Source: Saprospiraceae bacterium | GTDB taxonomy: Bacteria > Bacteroidota > Bacteroidia > Chitinophagales > Saprospiraceae | NCBI GenBank assembly: GCA_030728245.1 | Contig: JANQZX010000072.1 | Span: 17,232 to 81,231, forward strand | Reading direction: 5' to 3' | DNA length: 64,000 nucleotides | Shown here: positions 26,368 through 36,215 of the stretch, in pieces | How positions within the stretch are numbered: the first letter of the stretch is position 1 | How the letters are laid out: every line of letters starts with the position of its first letter | The notes under the pieces: model-generated | Told to the model about the DNA's origin: nothing | What the model saw: the letters and a program-made list of their open reading frames with translations, nothing else | The model's database searches: none | Position numbers and translations under genes: made by a program

Positions 26368-27096
26368 ATGACAACAACTCAGGATGAAAATGAAAATAAA
26401 AGGTTAAAACAATACGAAGAATCCATAAAAGCGGAAAATTCGTGGACTATGTTTAAGGTTCTTTCAGAATTTGTAGAAGGATTCGATCGATTAAACAAGG
26501 TTGGACCTTGTGTTTCTATCTTTGGTTCCGCCAGAACAAAACCAGATCACCCAAATTATAAATTAGCAGAAGTTATCGCTAAAAGGTTGACAGATGAAGG
26601 ATTTGGTGTTATTACCGGCGGCGGTCCGGGTATAATGGAAGCGGGTAATAAGGGTGCTTATGAAAATGGGGGAATTTCGGTTGGATTAAATATTGATCTT
26701 CCTTTTGAACAAAATAACAATCCGTACATCGATCATGATAAAAACATAGACTTTCGCTTTTTCTTTGTCAGAAAGGTTATGTTCGTTAAATATGCTCAGG
26801 CTTTTGTTGTTCTACCAGGTGGATTTGGAACTCTCGATGAATTATTTGAGGTGTTAACCCTTGTTCAGACTAAAAAAATAGTTCCCGTACCTGTTATTTT
26901 GGTAGGTCGATCTTATTGGACCGGGTTGAAGGACTGGATAACCTCGGTGATGCTTGAAAAAGCAAATAATATTAATGCGGCTGATTTGGACCTAATTCCT
27001 ATTGTAGATGAACCAGATGAGATTATGCAGATAATCAATGAATTTTATGCCGAAAAAGGAAAATTAGGATTCAAATATCGAATGGATCAGCGTTAA
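26368..27096 (+). CDS. LOG / TIGR00730-family Rossmann-fold nucleotide-binding protein
   Basis: GGGPGIMEA and PGGFGTLDE motifs. Start taken at the ATG at 26368 (MTTTQDE). Confidence 0.85.
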   Translation: MTTTQDENENKRLKQYEESIKAENSWTMFKVLSEFVEGFDRLNKVGPCVSIFGSARTKPDHPNYKLAEVIAKRLTDEGFGVITGGGPGIMEAGNKGAYENGGISVGLNIDLPFEQNNNPYIDHDKNIDFRFFFVRKVMFVKYAQAFVVLPGGFGTLDELFEVLTLVQTKKIVPVPVILVGRSYWTGLKDWITSVMLEKANNINAADLDLIPIVDEPDEIMQIINEFYAEKGKLGFKYRMDQR

Positions 27097-27110
27097 AAGT
27101 TCAATATTAA

Positions 27111-27136
27111 CTGCCACGCCAATAATGGTGTGGCAG
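27111..27136. terminator. Bidirectional hairpin between the convergent LOG and pentapeptide genes
   Basis: 11-bp stem CTGCCACGCCA / TGGTGTGGCAG (one G-U pair) with a 4-nt loop ATAA. Confidence 0.5.
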
Positions 27137-27142
27137 CTAATG

Positions 27143-27715
27143 TCAGGGAATTATTTCGATACCAAAGTCCGATACTAATCCAATGAGACCAGAGGTGGAA
27201 AACTTAGCCTTTTTTATCTGGTTTTTTAAAGGGTTAATATGATAATTTATGGCTTTAGTAAAATCGGCGCCTTGCAGGTTAGATTGGTCAAATGTGCCGT
27301 CTAAAAAATCGCAGCCATCAAAAACTGCGTTTATAGCAGTTACTTCAGTGAAATCAGATTCTTTTAGATCGCAATCTTTAAAATGAATATTTTCAAGATT
27401 CATTCCAAAAAAGGAGGTATAATGCATTTGGCAGGTATCAAAGTTCATTTCCAACATAAATGAAGGGCAAAATTCAAAATGAATGCCATTTAATTTACAG
27501 GTATTAAAAGTTACTCCTTTTAAAGCAGTGGTTTTTAAAGAGACATTATTTAAATCGCAATGAGAAAATGTACAGTCAATAAAAATGGTTTTATCAAATG
27601 GAACGGTGGATAAGATGCAGCCATCGAACATACATTTTTCGTATTCATTTCCCGAAAGCAAAAAATCATTTATTTCAGCCTGCGTAAAAGTTTTATCAAA
27701 AAAAAATTCCTTCAT
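27143..27715 (-). CDS. Pentapeptide-repeat protein
   Basis: 190 aa made almost entirely of A(D/N)LxF-like quintets (CDLNNVSLKTTALKGVTFNTCKLNGIHFEFC...). Confidence 0.85.
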   Translation of the reverse strand: MKEFFFDKTFTQAEINDFLLSGNEYEKCMFDGCILSTVPFDKTIFIDCTFSHCDLNNVSLKTTALKGVTFNTCKLNGIHFEFCPSFMLEMNFDTCQMHYTSFFGMNLENIHFKDCDLKESDFTEVTAINAVFDGCDFLDGTFDQSNLQGADFTKAINYHINPLKNQIKKAKFSTSGLIGLVSDFGIEIIP

Positions 27716-27716
27716 T

Positions 27717-30700
27717 TTATTTTTTCAAGGTTATCAGATAGGAAATCAAATCCCTTAACTGAGATTTATCCAATACATCTTTCATACTCATCATACCTGA
27801 GGGAAGCATTTCCATTTCTTTAATGGCAGCCCTTTTTATAATTCTGGGAGGATTGTTTCCTATTTTTAGGGTCAGTTCCGAAGTAGTTTCAGCGCTAACT
27901 ATACCTGATAATTCTTCACCATCCTTCAGTGACAGTATAACGACGCCATAACCTGGAGAAATACTGGCATTGGGATTAATTACAGACGTTAGTAATTCCT
28001 CTCTACTTAAGCGATCAGCAATGTGTTCCAATGGTGGACCTACCATGCCCCCTTTACCATTAACAGCATGACAACGAAGACATTGAGCTGCTTCATTTCT
28101 TATAAACAACTCTTTTCCTTTTTCAGCATTGCCACCAAACAACGTAGCTTGGTAAGCGAGTAAATCATTATTACGCCACTTTTTTTGTTGATTGGTAAGT
28201 TTAGTTTTAAGGGACGAAAAAGTACTTGTTTCAATGGCATTATAAACGTCTAAATGAAGCGCAGGATCTAAGGTATTTTTGAGGGCCAATTGGAGATATT
28301 TAGATAATATTTCCTCCGCCTTGTTATGCGTCATTGCCCCTAATGCAGCAATGGCATTCTGTTTTTCGCCAATATTAGTTTGTCTATCAATGAGCTTTTC
28401 AAGCATTTGTGCTTGTTTAACAGGGGGAAAGTTAACTTTATTAATATTTGCCAACGCAATTCGTCTTAATGTGGACAGATTATCAGATAAAGCCAGCGAA
28501 ACTGCATCTGCCAAATATTTACTGTTCATCTCAAGTAGCGCATGTAACGCTTCCTGTCTGGCGTATTTATTAGATTCATTCTTTTTCAGGATATTAAATA
28601 TAAATTCTTCTCCTTTTTGGTATTTTAATCGACCTGCCGCTTTTATCATTGCCGCACCAAAAGGGTGGTATGCGTCTTTTTTTAAGGAATTTAAGATGGG
28701 TTCAAAGGCAAGGTGTGCGTCATCGAGTTTATGACTTTGGTTTATTTGGGGTCTGTAATAATTATCAACTCTATCTAAAACAGGTGGTTTTGTCCAATAA
28801 CCGAGTGCCCATAAAGCGTCAAGTCGCATTGGATCATTATTTTTAGTGTTCAAGATAAACTGGCTTAATCTTTGCGCACATTCTTTGGAGCCAGTTCTCA
28901 GATTTGCATTAATTACCCTACGTAAAAATACTTCACTTTGGCAAGACGAACGATTGAGTGTGGCTGCCAGAAAAGGGATAGCTTCGGGAATAGATAAATC
29001 GTCATTAATGGCACGGGCAACTTCCTCCAGGACCATTTGGTTTTCATCATTCAAAAAGGCAGTAATTCCAGGGCTTTTAAGCATTCTAAGAGCTACGACG
29101 CCACCAATACGAACATATTCGGAAGGATGATTAAACAATTGTATGATTTCCTTCTCTGCCTTTATTTTTGAGAGGGCATAGATTATGGTGTGTCTTAAAT
29201 GGGGATCATTTTCTTTTGTTTCAGCCAGTAACTTAACTAATAAAGGGAGTTCTTTTTTTGACCCTACTTTCCCTAAAGCCTCAATGGCTCTGGCTTGTAC
29301 GTGGGCATCTTTATCGAAAATGAGTTTCCTTAGACCTATTAATGAGGGTTTATAACTTGCTTCACCTAATATTTTAGCGGTTTGAGCCCTTACTTGTGCA
29401 GAAGGATCAGCTAACAAGGGAAGCATATTTTTCATTAAATGATAATCTTTTCTACCTAATTGTCCGAGTCCCCAGATACTATGTAAACGACCTAAAAGAT
29501 TAGCCTTTTTATTCTTAGCCAGGGCTAATAAATCCTTTGATTTTTTTTGTTTTACGAGTTCAAACTGGGCTGCTAAACGTATTCTTTGGTCTCCAAAGCT
29601 TAACCATTCTATTAATTGTGGAATAGACTGATTTGACATTCCCTGAGCAAGGATGCGCTGTGTTTTTAATCTGAGCGGATGTTTCTGGTCTTTAACATCC
29701 AATACCCAGATCCGGCCTTCCGTTTTTTTATCGTAACTATCTTTCCAATCATTGATAAAAAGAGATCCATTGGGAGCAAAAGCCATTCCTGTAGGAACAA
29801 TACCGCCAACGAGATCCACTTCCTTTTCCAGAGAAAAGGACGAACCCTTTGGCTTTAAGGTAAATGCCAAAATTTTTGAATTGGCAGAAGAACCTGTAAA
29901 AAAGGAGGCAAAAAAATGATTCTCCCAATTTGTACCTAAGGCAGATCCGGGATTAAATTTTAGTCCGGCGGGACCATCATAAGCCAATGCAATGGGTGGA
30001 AGAAGATAGGCCGCCTGTCCGGGAAAATGGGGTAAGCTCAATTTCTCGTCCATCCAGACTTTATATTTCTCATTAGGTTGATCATATTTCCCATACTGCC
30101 AGTTGAGTCTCCAGCCAGTATCGGAACCTTCCAGGATATGAACATATCTTTCATTTTCGCCCGGATGATCACCATCGTTATCAACACTTATAAGATTTCC
30201 AAAGGCGTCAAAAGCAATTTCATGGGTATTTCTCAGACCATGGGCAAATACCTCGAAATTAGAACCATCCGGGTCGCATCTCATGACAGCCCCTTCGTTT
30301 GGATAGTGCCATCTTTTTCCATCTGGCCCTGTAACATCCAAACCATGATCACCAATGGACCAGTATAATTTTCCGTCAACTCCGATGGTCAAACCGGACA
30401 TATCATGACCGGCAAAGCCAATGTGAGTTCCAAAACCTTTTGCCAGAGAGGTAATCTTATCTCCTTTAAAATCTTTATTAGCATCGGAAACTTCCCAAAG
30501 ACTTGGGTTTGCGGTAACATACATTTTTCCATCATGAGCTAAAACGCCACCAGCAACCCCACCTAAAAGATCATTGAATCCCTCTGCAAATGTCTGAGAA
30601 TGATCAGCCTGACCATCATTATCTTCGTCCCAAATACGCCGTATGCTCTCCTTTTGTACCTCAAGATCGCGGAAATCCCGACGCCCGTCTTCATTGAAAT

Positions 30701-31091
30701 CTTCCAGCCATTCATTTTTTTCAGAATATTCAGGAGAAAGGACTTTTAAATAAAAGCGGGTCTTATCGGCAGCGGTTTGAAGTGCCAGGTCTTCTATCAT
30801 CCAGTCCCAGTGTTCCCTGATATCTAAATAAGAACTTTTTCTGCGTGAAGTTTGAGAAACATAAGCATTACCCTGATTATCGATGCTTATGGCCACAGCA
30901 TTGGCTAAAAGTGGGCCTGGAGCCCATAATTTCAAGGTCAAACTGGTGTCAGTGGACGGAGAAACAGTGGTCAATTCTTGTATAAAGTCATCTGAACTGG
31001 CTTTAAATAATTCATTTTCTGGGGTAGTAACCTTATTACAGGATGCTAAAATGAATAAGATCAAGCATTGAAAAAAAGTCGAATATTTCAT
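27717..31091 (-). CDS. Large secreted beta-propeller dehydrogenase-like / HEAT-repeat / cytochrome c (CxxCH) protein
   Basis: 1124 aa with a signal peptide or lipobox (LILASC). An N-terminal propeller-like region is followed by a long HEAT-like helical repeat region (VRAQTAKILGE, VQARAIEALGK, VRIGGVVAL) and a C-terminal haem c motif AAQCLRCHAVNGKGG. This architecture is known as the membrane-bound-dehydrogenase plus haem-binding domain in PVC bacteria and Bacteroidota. Confidence 0.7.
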   Translation of the reverse strand: MKYSTFFQCLILFILASCNKVTTPENELFKASSDDFIQELTTVSPSTDTSLTLKLWAPGPLLANAVAISIDNQGNAYVSQTSRRKSSYLDIREHWDWMIEDLALQTAADKTRFYLKVLSPEYSEKNEWLEDFNEDGRRDFRDLEVQKESIRRIWDEDNDGQADHSQTFAEGFNDLLGGVAGGVLAHDGKMYVTANPSLWEVSDANKDFKGDKITSLAKGFGTHIGFAGHDMSGLTIGVDGKLYWSIGDHGLDVTGPDGKRWHYPNEGAVMRCDPDGSNFEVFAHGLRNTHEIAFDAFGNLISVDNDGDHPGENERYVHILEGSDTGWRLNWQYGKYDQPNEKYKVWMDEKLSLPHFPGQAAYLLPPIALAYDGPAGLKFNPGSALGTNWENHFFASFFTGSSANSKILAFTLKPKGSSFSLEKEVDLVGGIVPTGMAFAPNGSLFINDWKDSYDKKTEGRIWVLDVKDQKHPLRLKTQRILAQGMSNQSIPQLIEWLSFGDQRIRLAAQFELVKQKKSKDLLALAKNKKANLLGRLHSIWGLGQLGRKDYHLMKNMLPLLADPSAQVRAQTAKILGEASYKPSLIGLRKLIFDKDAHVQARAIEALGKVGSKKELPLLVKLLAETKENDPHLRHTIIYALSKIKAEKEIIQLFNHPSEYVRIGGVVALRMLKSPGITAFLNDENQMVLEEVARAINDDLSIPEAIPFLAATLNRSSCQSEVFLRRVINANLRTGSKECAQRLSQFILNTKNNDPMRLDALWALGYWTKPPVLDRVDNYYRPQINQSHKLDDAHLAFEPILNSLKKDAYHPFGAAMIKAAGRLKYQKGEEFIFNILKKNESNKYARQEALHALLEMNSKYLADAVSLALSDNLSTLRRIALANINKVNFPPVKQAQMLEKLIDRQTNIGEKQNAIAALGAMTHNKAEEILSKYLQLALKNTLDPALHLDVYNAIETSTFSSLKTKLTNQQKKWRNNDLLAYQATLFGGNAEKGKELFIRNEAAQCLRCHAVNGKGGMVGPPLEHIADRLSREELLTSVINPNASISPGYGVVILSLKDGEELSGIVSAETTSELTLKIGNNPPRIIKRAAIKEMEMLPSGMMSMKDVLDKSQLRDLISYLITLKK

Positions 31092-31103
31092 TTTAAAATT
31101 AAG

Positions 31104-34088
31104 TTAGTAGTCTAAGGCAGAAAGGTTTATAGCTGATTTATCCAATTCAATATCAGGTGTTTGTATCGATTTGTAAACCATGCCGTGGAGTAATCGTCTG
31201 GTATAAAGTCGGGTCAATAAACCATTTCTCATGGTTGGAAAAGTGCGATTACTTAAAAAAACAAATATCAAATCCTCTTTTGGGTCACTCCAAATCACTG
31301 GACCAGTAAATCCGGTATGACCAAATGTTTGATAGGAAGCTTTAGAAGACATGTGGGTTGTGGGCGCATTAGGCTGTTGCATGTCCCAGCCAATGCCCCT
31401 ACGAATACTCTTTGGATGGTGGCTGGTAAATTTTTGTATCGTTTCAGGTTTGAAAAAAGTCATTCCACCGTATTCTCCTTTAAATAATATAACCTGCAAG
31501 AGAATAGCTAAATCATGGGCATTTGAAAATAAACCGGCATGACCACTTACACCTCCCAACATCGCCGATCCCATGTCATGAACATAACCATGTAACTTTT
31601 GCCCTCTAAAATAATTATCTACCTCTGTTGGCGCCACTTTGGTTAAATCGGCCCATTTCCAGGGATTGAACCCAGTGGAAGTTAGACCCAAGGGCTCATA
31701 AAAATATTCCTTTACATATTCATCTAAAAATTTTCCTGTAGTTGTTTTTACCATTTCTGCCAGCAAATAAAAACCCAAATCACTATACTGGTATCTGTTA
31801 GGTTTATCGAGGGCAGATTTATAAATATCATTTAACAAGGAATCTCTAAAATCTGTGCGCAGATAAATACTTTCTGTTACTGGAATGGAAAATTCGGGGG
31901 AAGGTTTGGATTGGTAATAATTTTCATTGAGAACGGGTGGCTTTTTTGAAATAAGAGTTCTTTCGAAAAAGGGAATCCAGTTTTGAAGTCCAGCACGATG
32001 GGCCATTATATCGGCTATCGTCAAATCTTTTTTATTGGTTTCCAATAAAGCGGGTAAATAGAGGCTTAAAGGTTTTTCAATATCAATAAGGCCTTGTTCC
32101 TGCATTCTCATAATAGCCAGGGTAGTAGCTGCCACTTTAGTGATAGAGGCAAGATCGTAAATATCATCAATTTCTACTGGTTTATTATTGGTATAGTCTT
32201 GATTTCCAAAGGCTTCTTCGTAAATAATGTCACCATTCTTGGCTACTAATACTACGCCGCCTGGGGTAGCACCTACTTCAATGGCTTGTTGGATGATATT
32301 TTTTAAATGCCCAAGGGTATCTGCACTCATTCTATGAATTTCCGGAGAAGAGTATCCCATTCGCATGCCTCCCTTTGTAATGATTCCGTCTCCAAAATGC
32401 ATATTTTTGGTTACAGATACTGGTAGTTTTCCCTTTAATGCAAATACACCAAAAAGAGCTTGGGCGGTAAGATCTTGGGTTAAACTATCTGCTTCGTAAG
32501 CTGAGATAAGAACAGGTATATTTTCGAAATGAATAAGGCTGTAAGGGGAACCAAAAACGACAAGAATTAGCTTTGTTTTTTCGTTGAGGCGTTTTAAAAA
32601 ATTTAATTCTGACTGAGTAAAGCCAAAATTTTTGGCTGAAAAGGCATTCATATCATGCAATCCAACAATAACACATTCCTTGGCAGATAATTTTGCAAGT
32701 AAGGCATTTTGTTGTTCCGTGGATATTTCTTTGCCAACCTGAAATGACTCAATTTTCCCATAGGAAAGTAATCTTTTTTGGAAAGGGGTAATATATTCTG
32801 CACCAATGCTAAGACTAGCTAAAGACAGCGTATCAATCCTTTTTATGGGTAGAAAATTCTTTTCATTTTTCACTAAGGTGATGGCCTCCTTTATGAGTTG
32901 TGCACGGTTCGTTAAAGCAGAAGGCTTATGGAGATCTTTATAAACGCCTTCTAAAGAAAGCGGTTTAAAGGTGTGCAAGCCCACTTTATACTTAGCCGAT
33001 AGGACTCTTTTGACGCTGGCATCTATTTGAGCTGTATCAATCGTACCATCTAAGAGGTATTTTTCAATGGTAGTAATGGCTGCAAGTACATCTTCAGGTA
33101 AAAGTAACACGTCATTTCCTGCAAGAATGGCTTCCGCTTCCGTTTGTCCTTTTTCAAAATGCTTGGTCACACCTTTCATTTCTAAAGCATCGGTAAAAAT
33201 GAGTCCATTGAAACTCATTTGTTCTCTGGCAATACCTGTAACCATTGATTTTGATAGTGTTGAAGGTCTGTTAGGTCTGTCATCCAAGGCGGGAACATTT
33301 AAATGCCCGACCATAAAACTAGCTATTCCTTGTTTAGCCAATGCCTGAAAAGGATATAATTCAATACTATCTAATCTTGATCTATTGTGAGGAATGATGG
33401 GTAAATCATAATGTGAATCGACATTGGTGTCGCCATGCCCCGGGAAATGTTTAGCACAGGCGAGGATACCCTCTTCTTGCATGCCTTTCATATAGGCTAT
33501 ACATTTTTGCGTAACATTTTCACGGTCTTCTCCAAAAGAACGTGTATTTATGACTGGATTGGCTGCATTATTATTCACATCAGCTACGGGAGCAAAATTA
33601 ACATGTACACCGACCCTTTTCATCTGTATGCCAATTTCCCGACCCATTTTGTAGATCAATTCGTTGTTTTGAATGGCTCCCAACATCAATGCTCTTGGAA
33701 AGGACATGGTTTCTTTTAATCTCATGCCCAGGCTCCACTCACCGTCAATTCCAACCAATAAGGGTACTTTCGAGATACTTTGATATTGGTTAACCAATGA
33801 AATTTGTTTCGTTGGGGTACCTTGAAAAAAACAAAGTCCACCCACTTCATATTTTTTAATAAGCTCCTCCACTTGCGCAATATGATCGGCTCCTTTATCG
33901 GAATGAGCGCGGATCATAATAAGCTGTGCTATTTTTTGTTTGACTGTTAATTGTTGAAAAATGGAATCTACCCATTGTTTCTCCGCTGCATTTTTAGCAC
34001 TTTCTGGCAGTTGAGCAACCACCTTTGGGCAACCAAAACAAAGGATTAAAAGAAAAAACAATAATGAAGCTTTTGATAAATGCAGCAT
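31104..34088 (-). CDS. Fusion of GH3 beta-N-acetylhexosaminidase (NagZ-like) with a class C beta-lactamase-fold serine hydrolase
   Basis: 994 aa. The N-terminal half has KHFPGHGDT and FTDALEM (GH3). The C-terminal half has S-x-x-K (ASITKV), YSD and HTG boxes of the beta-lactamase/PBP fold. Confidence 0.8.
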   Translation of the reverse strand: MLHLSKASLLFFLLILCFGCPKVVAQLPESAKNAAEKQWVDSIFQQLTVKQKIAQLIMIRAHSDKGADHIAQVEELIKKYEVGGLCFFQGTPTKQISLVNQYQSISKVPLLVGIDGEWSLGMRLKETMSFPRALMLGAIQNNELIYKMGREIGIQMKRVGVHVNFAPVADVNNNAANPVINTRSFGEDRENVTQKCIAYMKGMQEEGILACAKHFPGHGDTNVDSHYDLPIIPHNRSRLDSIELYPFQALAKQGIASFMVGHLNVPALDDRPNRPSTLSKSMVTGIAREQMSFNGLIFTDALEMKGVTKHFEKGQTEAEAILAGNDVLLLPEDVLAAITTIEKYLLDGTIDTAQIDASVKRVLSAKYKVGLHTFKPLSLEGVYKDLHKPSALTNRAQLIKEAITLVKNEKNFLPIKRIDTLSLASLSIGAEYITPFQKRLLSYGKIESFQVGKEISTEQQNALLAKLSAKECVIVGLHDMNAFSAKNFGFTQSELNFLKRLNEKTKLILVVFGSPYSLIHFENIPVLISAYEADSLTQDLTAQALFGVFALKGKLPVSVTKNMHFGDGIITKGGMRMGYSSPEIHRMSADTLGHLKNIIQQAIEVGATPGGVVLVAKNGDIIYEEAFGNQDYTNNKPVEIDDIYDLASITKVAATTLAIMRMQEQGLIDIEKPLSLYLPALLETNKKDLTIADIMAHRAGLQNWIPFFERTLISKKPPVLNENYYQSKPSPEFSIPVTESIYLRTDFRDSLLNDIYKSALDKPNRYQYSDLGFYLLAEMVKTTTGKFLDEYVKEYFYEPLGLTSTGFNPWKWADLTKVAPTEVDNYFRGQKLHGYVHDMGSAMLGGVSGHAGLFSNAHDLAILLQVILFKGEYGGMTFFKPETIQKFTSHHPKSIRRGIGWDMQQPNAPTTHMSSKASYQTFGHTGFTGPVIWSDPKEDLIFVFLSNRTFPTMRNGLLTRLYTRRLLHGMVYKSIQTPDIELDKSAINLSALDY

Positions 34089-34111
34089 TTCTTAATAATT
34101 TTATCAATGAA

Positions 34112-36031
34112 TTAATTTCTGTTAGACATTCTTTCCATAACCGTGGAATCAATACTTACTGCCTTTTGATAAAACAGAGCACCGTTTTTAGGGTCTCCTG
34201 CCTGATAGTACGCAGTGCCCAAATTGAACCAGGCATCGGATAAATCAGGCTTTATTTGGGCGGCACGCTGAAAATAGGAGATGGCCTCCAACTTGTTCCC
34301 ACTAAAACCAAAGGCAATGCCCGCCAGTCGGTGTGCCTCATAATCTTCGGGGAGCAGCGCAGCAGCTTCTTTTAAATACTTAGTAGCTTTTTGTAAGTCC
34401 CCCAACGTTTCACCGGCTATTCTACCACCATCTCTGTAAGCAAGACCCATATTTTTACTTGCATCGGCATATTCAGGATCAAGGACTAAGGCTTGTTTAA
34501 AAGCCTGTATTGCCTGGTCGAAATTATTGAGATAATAAAACGCATTTCCCAAAAGTAACCAGGCATTTTTATAGGTTGGATGAATAGTTACCGCCTTTTG
34601 CAGATGACCCACCGCCTCCGTTCTATATCTGATGGCAGTGATTGAATCTACTTTCAATGCCTGTGCCAGTAATTCTCCACCTGCAGCATTTCTAACTTTG
34701 GCGGATTCGGCAGAATTTTTCGCATCCGTCGTAAATAAGGTGAAATTATCTTTCCACACTGGATTTCTTAACCAGGTCAAACTGGCATATAGAACGATGA
34801 TGGAGATGGTAAACGTATTTTTTAAAGTCTGATTATTTACTTTTGATAATAAATAGCCTGCCATTAGTGTATAACCTAAAGAAGGAGCAAATAAAAGTCG
34901 TTCCGCCATATTTGTTCCTATGGGAAAAAGGATATTACTGACAAGAGAGAGATTTATTAGGTAAATACTCAATCCGAAGGAAAGTATATTTTTTGATTTT
35001 AATCCCTTCAGTGCATAAAAAATCATGATTGCATACAAAACGACCGATAATATGGAACCAAAATGGTCAAAAGTAATGATGGGAATGTGCCGAGGATAAT
35101 AATCGTGTGTCAGGTTAAATGGAAAGAACAAAAGCCAGACATACAGGCCTAAGGTATAGGCGATGGTTGCTGCTTTTTCTGCAAAATTAAAAGGAATATA
35201 AACACCGTTTTGCCACTTTAAAAAAGGATTATTCATGAGTTCGAAAGATCCTTCGCCAAAATCAGACCCTAAAACGGCATTTCTTAGCACCAAAAAGAGC
35301 ATGGTTACTAATAAATAGGGTAGAGTATGCAGTGTTATATTTTTTAAAGTAACTGATTTTCCACCAAAATAATAGATGCTAAGAGGTATGATAGCCAGGA
35401 AGGTAATGGCACTTTCTTTAGATAATAATCCAAGAAACAGACAAAAGGCGCCAGGCAAATGCCATATTGATTTTTTAGATTTGAAGGCAACAAAGGCAAA
35501 ATATAGGGCCATCAAACTTCCCAGGAAAGCCAAAATCTCGTCTCTTCCCTTGATATTTGCTACAACCTCCGTGTGAATTGGATGTGCTGCGAAAATGAAA
35601 GCAGTAAAAAGAGATATGATTGCTCCATTGGGTATTTGTTGGAGTATTTCATTTAACACATAGAAAACAAGATAACCACAAAGAGCGAATAGTAAGGCAT
35701 TGACAATATGGCTGACGAATGGAGAAGCACCAAATATGGAAATTTCTACAGCAAAAGTAGCGAGGGATAAAGGGCGGTATCGTCCACCAGCGACTAATTT
35801 AGATTTTCCCTCTTCTTTGAAAAATCCATAAAAGGTGTCATAAGAAAAAATTCCTTTTAAGCCGGCAAGGCCGTCTTGTGTATATTGATTATCGGTAATG
35901 ACAATAGCATCGTCCAGAGCGTAGTCATGCGTTATGGTATTGGCATAAATAAGGAAGCCAAACAAGAATAAAAGTTTTGGTAAAAAGGGAGAAAAGGTGG
36001 TCTTGTTCTGTGGGCTCATGGTGTGAATCAA
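34112..36031 (-). CDS. TMTC-like GT-C membrane glycosyltransferase with C-terminal TPR repeats
   Basis: 639 aa. The first-loop acidic motif is HDYALDDAIVITDN. About 10 or more TM helices are followed by four or more TPR units (WLLLGNAFYYLNNFDQAIQAFKQALVLDPEY and others). Confidence 0.65.
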   Translation of the reverse strand: MIHTMSPQNKTTFSPFLPKLLFLFGFLIYANTITHDYALDDAIVITDNQYTQDGLAGLKGIFSYDTFYGFFKEEGKSKLVAGGRYRPLSLATFAVEISIFGASPFVSHIVNALLFALCGYLVFYVLNEILQQIPNGAIISLFTAFIFAAHPIHTEVVANIKGRDEILAFLGSLMALYFAFVAFKSKKSIWHLPGAFCLFLGLLSKESAITFLAIIPLSIYYFGGKSVTLKNITLHTLPYLLVTMLFLVLRNAVLGSDFGEGSFELMNNPFLKWQNGVYIPFNFAEKAATIAYTLGLYVWLLFFPFNLTHDYYPRHIPIITFDHFGSILSVVLYAIMIFYALKGLKSKNILSFGLSIYLINLSLVSNILFPIGTNMAERLLFAPSLGYTLMAGYLLSKVNNQTLKNTFTISIIVLYASLTWLRNPVWKDNFTLFTTDAKNSAESAKVRNAAGGELLAQALKVDSITAIRYRTEAVGHLQKAVTIHPTYKNAWLLLGNAFYYLNNFDQAIQAFKQALVLDPEYADASKNMGLAYRDGGRIAGETLGDLQKATKYLKEAAALLPEDYEAHRLAGIAFGFSGNKLEAISYFQRAAQIKPDLSDAWFNLGTAYYQAGDPKNGALFYQKAVSIDSTVMERMSNRN

Positions 36032-36215
36032 ATGTTAAAAATTGAAAATATCATTTATCTCGAAGATGTGCAAATTTTTAGTTAATACTTATAAAAAAAA
36101 AGGTGAAATGATTAAATATTGGGGAATAACCCTTAAAATGTGTTAAGTTTTAACTTATTTAGTTTTTTGTTTTTGTTTCTATAACCATTTTGTCATTTTA
36201 AAACTAAGCAACTAT

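Noticed and set aside
27143-27715. Pentapeptide-repeat protein as a Qnr-type quinolone-resistance determinant
   Set aside because: Only the generic repeat is visible. Without phylogeny or loop features, a resistance call is unsupported.
28279-29130. Several plus-strand ORFs (151, 65 and 94 aa)
   Set aside because: All are antisense within the 1124-aa HEAT/cytochrome c gene and none has a recognisable motif.
31104-32300. Beta-lactamase-fold domain as an antibiotic-resistance beta-lactamase
   Set aside because: The Y-S-D and H-T-G boxes and the fusion to GH3 point to a PBP/esterase-type hydrolase and not to a class C beta-lactamase.
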